Below are positions 1 through 11,187 of a stretch of 64,000 nucleotides of DNA, one piece after another (within the stretch, counting starts at the first letter, position 1; every line of letters starts with the position of its first letter). The DNA is from Butyrivibrio sp. (GTDB lineage Bacteria; Bacillota; Clostridia; Lachnospirales; Lachnospiraceae): positions 30,248 through 94,247 of the forward strand of contig SVFY01000007.1 in NCBI GenBank assembly GCA_015056625.1, in the 5' to 3' direction. A program made the position numbers and the translations under genes. The notes under the pieces were generated by a model. That model was not told the origin of the DNA and ran no database searches. It worked only from the letters and a program-made list of their open reading frames with translations.

Positions 1-268
1 TATCCTTATGGAGCTTCTTAAGCAACCGCTTGAGCATCCTCTTTCAATGCATCAGCAGGTAATCATCCTTGTTACTGTAGGTGCTGGCAGAATGGACCAT
101 GTACCTGTAAAAGAGGTTAAGAGGTACAAGGCAAAGCTACTTAAGTTCTTTGAAACAGAACACAGCGATCTTTGCGAAGAACTCGAAAAGAGCGGAGACC
201 TGCCTGATCAGTTAAAGAAGAGGATCCTTGATCTGGCTGATGAGTTCAATGAAGCAGAAGGAATTTAA
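1..268 (+). CDS. atpA: F0F1 ATP synthase subunit alpha, C-terminal part (gene starts before the window)
   Basis: ELLKQP...QVIIL alpha C-terminal pattern; directly upstream of gamma. Confidence 0.9.
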   Translation, partial: ILMELLKQPLEHPLSMHQQVIILVTVGAGRMDHVPVKEVKRYKAKLLKFFETEHSDLCEELEKSGDLPDQLKKRILDLADEFNEAEGI

Positions 269-270
269 TT

Positions 271-2590
<2,320 letters not shown>

Positions 2591-2591
2591 T

Positions 2592-3020
2592 ATGAGTGAG
2601 CAACTGGCGAAGACCTTTCACCTGCAGGTGATTTCAGTTAATGGAATATTTTATGACGATGAAGCCATCGAGATAATAGTTCCCTGTGATGACGGAGAAC
2701 TGGCTATTTTAGCTGGCCATGAGGAGATGATCCTTGCCATATACGAGGGCATCATCAAGATCAAGAACCCAAAGGGAGACTGGGTGATTGGCGTTGTAAG
2801 TATTGGCTCCGTTCAGGTTACTGTTGATAACAGATGCATTGTTCTTGTTAACACTGTTGAAAGACCTGAAGATATCGACAAGAGAAGGGCTCAGGAAGCC
2901 TATGAGTTTGCCATGGAGCATCTGATGCAGAAGCAGTCAATAAAAGAGTTCAAGAAATCCCAGGCAGGACTTGCAAGAGCTCTTACAAGACTTAAGGCTG
3001 CATCAAAATATCAAGATTAA
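2592..3020 (+). CDS. atpC: F0F1 ATP synthase subunit epsilon
   Basis: GELAILAGH motif, helical C-terminus ending ARALTRL; position after beta. Confidence 0.95.
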   Translation: MSEQLAKTFHLQVISVNGIFYDDEAIEIIVPCDDGELAILAGHEEMILAIYEGIIKIKNPKGDWVIGVVSIGSVQVTVDNRCIVLVNTVERPEDIDKRRAQEAYEFAMEHLMQKQSIKEFKKSQAGLARALTRLKAASKYQD

Positions 3021-3035
3021 AAGAAAAGTTGGTGG

Positions 3036-3575
3036 ATGTTTTTGAAAAAGAGGATTAGTAAGTATTTAAGCGGAGTTTTAGTATTAGCTTTTTTAGCTAT
3101 AGCGGGAACTGGATGTGGAAAGCAGGCAGATCCTAAGCTTGAGAGCTACAAAGAGAGTATGACAGAGTTCTACAACAAGTTATCTGAGTATGACAGCTCA
3201 ATAAACTCTATTGACCCGGACTCAGAAACAGCAGGAGATGAGCTTTTAGGTGTTCTTGATGAGATGAACCAGACCTATCAGAACATGGCTGCTATAGAGA
3301 TACCTGATGAGTTTTCAGGAATATCAGACATTGCAGTAGAGGCTGCAGATTACATGGACAAGGCCAATGAATTCTATCATCAGGCCTATGACGGAGACTT
3401 TGATTCTGACAGTGAGATGCTGGCTGCCCAGTATTACCAGAGAGCCAATGACAGAGTTCTCATAATGCTCCAGGTTCTTCATGGAGAGGTTCCTGAAGGA
3501 GAAGGCATTACAGTAGAGACTGAGAGTACTTATGAAATATCAACAATTGAGGATGAAAGCACTGATGGAGAGTGA
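3036..3575 (+). CDS. Acidic lipoprotein of unknown function
   Basis: Basic N-terminus, hydrophobic core and lipobox-like GTGC; very Asp/Glu-rich mature part. Confidence 0.7.
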   Translation: MFLKKRISKYLSGVLVLAFLAIAGTGCGKQADPKLESYKESMTEFYNKLSEYDSSINSIDPDSETAGDELLGVLDEMNQTYQNMAAIEIPDEFSGISDIAVEAADYMDKANEFYHQAYDGDFDSDSEMLAAQYYQRANDRVLIMLQVLHGEVPEGEGITVETESTYEISTIEDESTDGE

Positions 3576-3591
3576 TCAGTGCTTCATTTTT
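3557..3591 (+). terminator. Probable intrinsic terminator closing the atp-lipoprotein transcript
   Basis: AAGCACTGAT/ATCAGTGCTT stem followed by CATTTTT, overlapping the lipoprotein stop. Confidence 0.55.
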
Positions 3592-3607
3592 ATAAGGGAG
3601 TATCAAC

Positions 3608-4657
3608 TTGGAAAGAAAATCTGAAAACCGTTTTATTTATGCCATAAAGTTCATAGCCTGTATCTTTATCGTGACTACCCACGCAAGATTTTCAGGACCT
3701 CTATGGAACATTGTATTTGCAATTGACCACTGCTGCGTTCCATTCTTCCTTGCAGTATCAGGAAGGTTTTTGCTGTATAACCGTGGCATGAGCAATATTT
3801 ATGACACAGCTACTATAAGGCTCAAGACTAAAAATTCTCTCATAAGGCTTCTTAAGATCACAGGGGTAGTTTACCTTGTGCATCTTGTCTTTTCATTTTG
3901 CTTTTACATGGCTCAGAAGACTCCTGTTTTAGAGTGGCTGAAAATGAAGTTCAATCCCTATGAAGCCTGGGTTTTCTTTATGTTCAACTCCGGAAGGTTT
4001 ATATACGACGGATCCTATGTGTTTGACCATCTGTGGTATCTGTTTGTAATGATCTACGTGTATATCCTAATCTATATATTTGCACCTGTCCTTAGGAAGT
4101 GGTATAAGGGACTGGTTGTTATTCTTTTGTGCCTGCTCTTCTTTGGGGAATGGCTGCAGATCTATTACCCTATAAGACCATTTGGTATTAACATCAACAC
4201 CTGGTATGTTCTCAGGAACTGGCTGTTTGTGGGTATTCCTTTTGTTCTCATTGGCATTATCTTTAGCGACTATGTCTACAAAAAAGGCGATATCAGCAAT
4301 ATGAAAGTTCCGGCCATTATCATGACTGTAGTTGGAATAGTATCAAGCTATGTGGAGCTTTTGATATTTGGCGGAGACACATATATCTATTTGGGATCAA
4401 TTATCACAACCATCGGACTTTTGTTTTTGTCAGAGTGCAGTTCCTACAATGGCTGGATCCTTTATACCCTTGGAAAAAAAGCTTCATCAAATATCTATTT
4501 TTATCACGTGCTCATAATCGCAGTTTTGGATATATCTGCGCAGAATGGTCTGATACCATGGGATGTGCTTGCATTTAAACCAATTCTTGTGATGATCATA
4601 TGCTTTGTGTTATTTTGTATTAAACCACTTATTGAGTATAGGAAGAGAAATTCGTGA
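3608..4657 (+). CDS. Acyltransferase family 3 (OafA/AT3-like) membrane O-acyltransferase
   Basis: About 10 hydrophobic segments; KFIACIFIVTTH, VPFFLAVSG, HLWYL, NIYFYH motifs. Confidence 0.8.
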   Translation: MERKSENRFIYAIKFIACIFIVTTHARFSGPLWNIVFAIDHCCVPFFLAVSGRFLLYNRGMSNIYDTATIRLKTKNSLIRLLKITGVVYLVHLVFSFCFYMAQKTPVLEWLKMKFNPYEAWVFFMFNSGRFIYDGSYVFDHLWYLFVMIYVYILIYIFAPVLRKWYKGLVVILLCLLFFGEWLQIYYPIRPFGININTWYVLRNWLFVGIPFVLIGIIFSDYVYKKGDISNMKVPAIIMTVVGIVSSYVELLIFGGDTYIYLGSIITTIGLLFLSECSSYNGWILYTLGKKASSNIYFYHVLIIAVLDISAQNGLIPWDVLAFKPILVMIICFVLFCIKPLIEYRKRNS

Positions 4658-7098
4658 ACAGATTAGAGTTTTTAAACTTTTGTAAAGATAGAATAATATT
4701 CTTGGATGGTGCTACCGGCAGTAACCTGATGAAAGCCGGAATGCCTGCTGGTGTATGCCCTGAGAAGTGGATACTGGAACACAGGCAGGTGATGATGGAG
4801 CTTCAGAAGGCTTATGCAGATGCTGGTTCTGATATAGTTTATGCACCAACATTTACAGGAAACAGGATAAAGCTTGCTGATTACGGCCTTTCACAGGATA
4901 TTGTTTCCATCAATACAGAACTTGTAAGCCTTTCAAAAGAGGCAGTAGGTTCAAAGGCTCTTGTGGCCGGTGATATCACAATGACAGGCAAGCAGCTAAA
5001 GCCAATAGGAGATCTTGATCTTGAAGAGCTTATAGAGGTTTACAAAGAGCAGATCCAGATCCTGATAGATGCTGGAGCTGACATTTTGGTTGTTGAGACC
5101 ATGATGAGCCTTCAGGAGTGCAGAGCTGCACTTATAGCAGCAAAAGAGATATCGGATATTGCTGTTATTGTCACCCTTACCTTTGAACCGGATGGAAGGA
5201 CCCTTTTTGGATCTGACCCTGAATCCTGCGCCATCACTTTAGAAGCACTGGGAGCTGCTGCCATTGGAGCAAACTGCGGAGCAGGCCCTGACAGAATGGT
5301 GGATATCATAGGGAAGATGGCCAGTGTTACCAATATTCCAATTATCGCCAAGCCAAATGCAGGACTTCCAAGTGTGGATAGCGAAGGCAATACTGGCTAT
5401 GACATGGACGCAGATGTATTTACTAAGGAAATGAAGAAGCTCATTGATAAAGGTGCCTCGATCCTTGGCGGATGCTGCGGAACAACTCCGGAGTTTATCC
5501 GCATGATCCATGATGCCTACAGCACATGTACTCCGGCATCAGATATTCCAAGAAAGATAGCTGGAAGAAGATACCTCTCATCAGACAGAAGAGCTCTTTC
5601 CTTTGACCTTGATGATCTGTTCATGATAGTTGGAGAGAGGATCAATCCCACAGGTAAAAAGAAACTTCAGGCCCAGCTCCGTGAAGGAAATCTTGACCTT
5701 GTATGCGAGTTTGCTGAGAACCAGGAAAAAGACGGCGCATCGATCCTTGATATCAATGTGGGCATGAGCGGCATTGATGAAAAAGAGATGATGCTGACGG
5801 TCCTTAATGAGGTTTCCGGGATCACTGACCTGCCACTTTGCATAGATACTTCAAGTGCTGAGGTCATGGAGGCTGCCCTTAGGATATATCCTGGTAGAGC
5901 CTTGATGAACTCCATATCACTTGAAAAGGGCAAGGCTGAGAAATTCCTGCCCCTTGCTAAAAAGTACGGAGCTATGTTTGTTCTTTTGCCCCTGAGCAAA
6001 GAAGGCCTTCCCAAGGACCTTGATGAAAAGATCAGCAATATAAACGAGCTTTATGAAATGGCCGCTAAAATGGGCCTGTCCAAGGAAGACATAGTTGTTG
6101 ATGGACTTGTAGCTACTGTTGGCGCCGACCCTAAGGCCGCTGTCAACACACTTGATACCATAAGCTATTGCCATGACAACAGCTTTGCCACAATTTGCGG
6201 GCTTTCCAATATTTCTTTTGGCCTACCAGAGAGAATGAATGTAAATACAGCATTTCTTACTATGGCGATCTCAAAAGGGCTTACCATGGCAATTGCCAAT
6301 CCATCTCAGGAGATGCTGGTAAATGCTGCATTTGCCTCAGACCTTCTAAGGAACAAAGAGGGAGCTGACGGCAGATATATTGAAAGAATGGCAAGGTATG
6401 CAGCAGAGGGCGATGATAAGCCCAAAGGAGCAAAAGAGAGTAATCCTGCACCTACTTCAGATGGCGATTTTCTTGCTATAATAAAGCAGGATGTTTTAAA
6501 GGGCGCAAAGAGGTCCATAGAGAAGGATACCCATAGCGCTATAGACAGTGGTATCGATCCAAAGGCAATTCTTGATGATGCATTGATGCCTGCCATTAAT
6601 GAAGTTGGAGATTATTTTGACAAGGGTAAGTACTTCCTGCCTCAGCTGATAGCTGGTGCGGAGGCCATGAAGCTATCAATTGCTATTCTTGAGCCTTTCC
6701 TACAGAAGGATAAGGATGATTCGCAAAAACTGCCTACTGTGATCATTGCAACTGTTCATGGAGACATTCACGACATCGGTAAAAACCTTGTGGCACTTAT
6801 GCTTAAAAACTATGGCTTTAACGTCATAGACCTTGGCAAGGATGTGCCAAAGGAAGATATAGTAAAAGCCGCAAGGGAAAATGATGCCAAAGTCATAGCT
6901 CTTTCTGCACTTATGACAACGACCATGAAGGAAATGAAAAATGTTGTCGAATTTGCCAGACAAGAGGGGATAACAGCCAAGATCATCATAGGCGGAGCTG
7001 TAGTAACTGAAGATTTTGCCATTGAGATCGGTGCTGACGGATATTCTGCAGATGCTGCAGATGCTGTGAGACTTGTTAAAAAGCTTCTTTTTGAATAA
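4654..7098 (+). CDS. metH: Cobalamin-dependent methionine synthase (Hcy, folate, cap and B12 domains; no AdoMet reactivation domain)
   Basis: LDGATG, GANC and GGCC Zn ligands, IVGERINPTG pterin domain, GDIHDIG B12 motif; ends after the B12 domain. Confidence 0.92.
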   Translation: MNRLEFLNFCKDRIIFLDGATGSNLMKAGMPAGVCPEKWILEHRQVMMELQKAYADAGSDIVYAPTFTGNRIKLADYGLSQDIVSINTELVSLSKEAVGSKALVAGDITMTGKQLKPIGDLDLEELIEVYKEQIQILIDAGADILVVETMMSLQECRAALIAAKEISDIAVIVTLTFEPDGRTLFGSDPESCAITLEALGAAAIGANCGAGPDRMVDIIGKMASVTNIPIIAKPNAGLPSVDSEGNTGYDMDADVFTKEMKKLIDKGASILGGCCGTTPEFIRMIHDAYSTCTPASDIPRKIAGRRYLSSDRRALSFDLDDLFMIVGERINPTGKKKLQAQLREGNLDLVCEFAENQEKDGASILDINVGMSGIDEKEMMLTVLNEVSGITDLPLCIDTSSAEVMEAALRIYPGRALMNSISLEKGKAEKFLPLAKKYGAMFVLLPLSKEGLPKDLDEKISNINELYEMAAKMGLSKEDIVVDGLVATVGADPKAAVNTLDTISYCHDNSFATICGLSNISFGLPERMNVNTAFLTMAISKGLTMAIANPSQEMLVNAAFASDLLRNKEGADGRYIERMARYAAEGDDKPKGAKESNPAPTSDGDFLAIIKQDVLKGAKRSIEKDTHSAIDSGIDPKAILDDALMPAINEVGDYFDKGKYFLPQLIAGAEAMKLSIAILEPFLQKDKDDSQKLPTVIIATVHGDIHDIGKNLVALMLKNYGFNVIDLGKDVPKEDIVKAARENDAKVIALSALMTTTMKEMKNVVEFARQEGITAKIIIGGAVVTEDFAIEIGADGYSADAADAVRLVKKLLFE

Positions 7099-7119
7099 AG
7101 TTACTTTGGAGGACATGAT

Positions 7120-8754
7120 ATGATCGGAGCACAGGCCATTGTTAAATGCCTTGAAAAGGAAAATACTGAGGTTATCTTTGGATATTCCGGAGTTGCCATA
7201 GATCCATTCTGGAACAGTATTCTGGATACCAAGATAAAAACTGTTCTTATAAGGACTGAGCAGAACGCTGCCCACTGTGCCAGCGGATATGCAAGAATAA
7301 GTGGCAAAGTCGGAGTGTGCGCAGTCACATCAGGCCCAGGTGCCACAAATCTGATCACAGGTATTGCAACTGCCTATGCTGACAGCATTCCAATGATCGC
7401 CATAACTGGACAGGTCAACTCCGATATGATCGGATCAGACGTTTTCCAGGAGGCGGATATCACTGGTGCTGTGGAATCCTTTGTTAAATACAGCTACCTG
7501 ATAAGGGATGTTGATGATATCCCCAAGGTATTTAAAGAGGCCTTCTTTATTGCAAACAGTGGAAGAAAGGGCCCTGTACTTATTGATATCCCTTACGATA
7601 TCCAGCTTGCAGAGATGTCAACCAAATTCAGCTATCCTGAATCTATATCCATGAGATCCTACAAGCCTACAGTTAAGGGAAACATTGTCCAGATCAAAAA
7701 GGTCATAAAAGAAGTTGAGAAGGCAAAGCGCCCTATTATCTGTGTTGGAGGTGGCGTCCACTTAAGTGGTGCTACAAGCGAGCTTGTTAAGTTTGCTGAG
7801 CTTAATGATGTTCCAGTTGTTTCAACAATGATGGGAATAGGCGTAATGCAAACAGAGCATCCACTGTACTTTGGAATGGTGGGAAATAATGGCCAGCCTT
7901 ATGCCAACAGAGCCATGAATGAGTCGGATCTTCTTCTCATGGTTGGCGCAAGAGTTGCGGACAGAGCAGTTAACAGACCTGACCTTATCACAGAGAACAA
8001 GGTCATGGTACATATAGATGTAGATCCTGCGGAGATTGGTAAAAATGTTGGACCTACAATACCACTTGTTGGAGATATCAAGCACATTTTTAATGACTTT
8101 TTGGAGCAGGATGATCATGCTGACGACCACAAGGATTGGCTTGATCTTTTAAATAGCTACAAAGAGCAGATGGGGTCAGACAGAGTTCCTGATTACTCAA
8201 TAGAAGCATATGTGGAGCCTAAGGATTTTATTTCAAGGCTTTCAAGAGCCATGAAGGACGACGCTGTCTATGTGGCTGATGTAGGACAGAATCAGATCTG
8301 GTCCTGCGCATATCACATTGTTAAAAGAGGCAGGTTCCTTACATCCGGAGGAATGGGAACCATGGGCTATTCTATCCCGGCAGCCATGGGAGCCAAGCTT
8401 GCAGACCAAAGCAAACAGGTTGTGGCTGTCATCGGAGATGGCGCATTTCAGATGAGCATGATGGAGCTTGCAACCATGAGGCAGTACAGGATTCCTGTTA
8501 AGATAGTAGTCCTTAAGAATGGATTCCTTGGAATGGTAAGGGAGCACCAGCACTACGCTTATAATGATGCGTATTCAATGGTAGAACTCAAGGGAGATCC
8601 TGATCTTTCACTTTTAGCTGCAGCCTATGGTATGGAATATGTAAAGGTTGATGGAAACAGCGACCTTGACGGAGAACTGGCAAGATTTCTTAAGGATGAT
8701 ACTTCATCACTTATGGAAGTCAGGGTAGATCCAATGGAACTTACAAAATTCTGA
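7120..8754 (+). CDS. ilvB: Acetohydroxyacid synthase large subunit (variant)
   Basis: EQNAAH, TSGPGATN, FQEADI, DVGQNQ, SGGMGTMG, GDGAFQM ThDP motif. Confidence 0.93.
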   Translation: MIGAQAIVKCLEKENTEVIFGYSGVAIDPFWNSILDTKIKTVLIRTEQNAAHCASGYARISGKVGVCAVTSGPGATNLITGIATAYADSIPMIAITGQVNSDMIGSDVFQEADITGAVESFVKYSYLIRDVDDIPKVFKEAFFIANSGRKGPVLIDIPYDIQLAEMSTKFSYPESISMRSYKPTVKGNIVQIKKVIKEVEKAKRPIICVGGGVHLSGATSELVKFAELNDVPVVSTMMGIGVMQTEHPLYFGMVGNNGQPYANRAMNESDLLLMVGARVADRAVNRPDLITENKVMVHIDVDPAEIGKNVGPTIPLVGDIKHIFNDFLEQDDHADDHKDWLDLLNSYKEQMGSDRVPDYSIEAYVEPKDFISRLSRAMKDDAVYVADVGQNQIWSCAYHIVKRGRFLTSGGMGTMGYSIPAAMGAKLADQSKQVVAVIGDGAFQMSMMELATMRQYRIPVKIVVLKNGFLGMVREHQHYAYNDAYSMVELKGDPDLSLLAAAYGMEYVKVDGNSDLDGELARFLKDDTSSLMEVRVDPMELTKF

Positions 8755-8772
8755 TCATAAAAGGGATTTGAT

Positions 8773-9255
8773 ATGAAGAGAATATATTCAGTACTGGTTG
8801 AGAATAGAGCAGGTGTACTTTCCAAGGTAGCAGGTCTTTTCTCAAGAAGGAATTTTAATATTGATTCAATGGTTGTAGGCGAGACAGCAGACAGAGCTGT
8901 ATCCTGCATGACAATTGTCTCTACCGGAGATGAGAGGACCATCGAACAGATCGAGAAGCAGCTCAACAAAAAGATCGATGTCATCAAGGTAAAGACTTTC
9001 AAAGAGAGCATGAGTATCAACAGGGAGCTTATGCTTATTAAGGTTAAATACAACAAGGAAAACCGCAGGGATATTATGGAGAACTGTCAGATAATGAATG
9101 CTCAGATCGTTGACATGAGCAAGAATCTGATGATCATCCAGATCTGTGACACATCTGAGAGAATAGAGCTCTTTATTGAGATGCTTAAGAGTGTCAGTAT
9201 TGTTGAGATTGCAAGAACTGGAACTGTTGCCCTGACAAAATGTAAAGAAAACTAA
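8773..9255 (+). CDS. ilvN: AHAS regulatory subunit, paralog 1
   Basis: ACT domain VENRAGVLSKVAGLFSRRNFNIDS, QIEKQLNK, EIARTG. Confidence 0.92.
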   Translation: MKRIYSVLVENRAGVLSKVAGLFSRRNFNIDSMVVGETADRAVSCMTIVSTGDERTIEQIEKQLNKKIDVIKVKTFKESMSINRELMLIKVKYNKENRRDIMENCQIMNAQIVDMSKNLMIIQICDTSERIELFIEMLKSVSIVEIARTGTVALTKCKEN

Positions 9256-9280
9256 GTGCCTATAAGGCACTTAGCTTTAT
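9252..9280 (+). terminator. Terminator after ilvB-ilvN1
   Basis: CTAAGTGCCT-ATA-AGGCACTTAG stem then CTTTAT. Confidence 0.65.
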
Positions 9281-9299
9281 AGAATAACTTTACCCAAAA

Positions 9300-9319
9300 C
9301 ACTTTAGCACGGTAAAATG
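9300..9319. promoter_or_regulatory. 20-bp palindromic operator, HisR/YerC-like
   Basis: CACTTTAGCACGGTAAAATG; one mismatch to YACTTTANYNNRNTAAAGTR (consensus recalled, not searched). Confidence 0.6.
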
Positions 9320-9350
9320 ATTACGGTTTAAAGCCAAAAAGATATTTTTG

Positions 9351-9378
9351 TTGACATGGGACTTGAAAGGAGTATAAT
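9351..9378 (+). promoter_or_regulatory. sigmaA promoter for ilvN2-ilvC
   Basis: TTGACA-N16-TATAAT. Confidence 0.85.
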
Positions 9379-9458
9379 TTGAATAAATTGATTTAAAAAC
9401 GGTCTGATTTCATTCAAAATCCTATGAAAAACCGAAGATATTCTGAGCTAAAACATCA

Positions 9459-9478
9459 CACTTCAAAGTGCTAAAGGC
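9459..9478. promoter_or_regulatory. Second, degenerate copy of the palindromic operator
   Basis: CACTTCAAAGTGCTAAAGGC; shares GTGCTAAAG with the sites at 9300 (reverse strand) and 18742. Confidence 0.5.
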
Positions 9479-9509
9479 AACAGGTAATATCTAGGTTGTG
9501 AGGTAATTT

Positions 9510-11095
<1,586 letters not shown>

Positions 11096-11133
11096 TCTGT
11101 CTGATTGAAAATGTACGATGATTAGACTATTAT

Positions 11134-11169
11134 TTAAGAGTGCCATTTTTTCTGGCACTCTTAATTTTT
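11134..11169 (+). terminator. Terminator after ilvC
   Basis: TTAAGAGTGCCA/TGGCACTCTTAA stem plus T-run. Confidence 0.8.
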
Positions 11170-11187
11170 CTTAGAAGAAGGCCATTT

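Noticed and set aside
9256-9509. T-box or leader-peptide attenuator before ilvN2-ilvC
   Set aside because: No TGGNACC T-box, no terminator in the leader and no BCAA-rich short ORF
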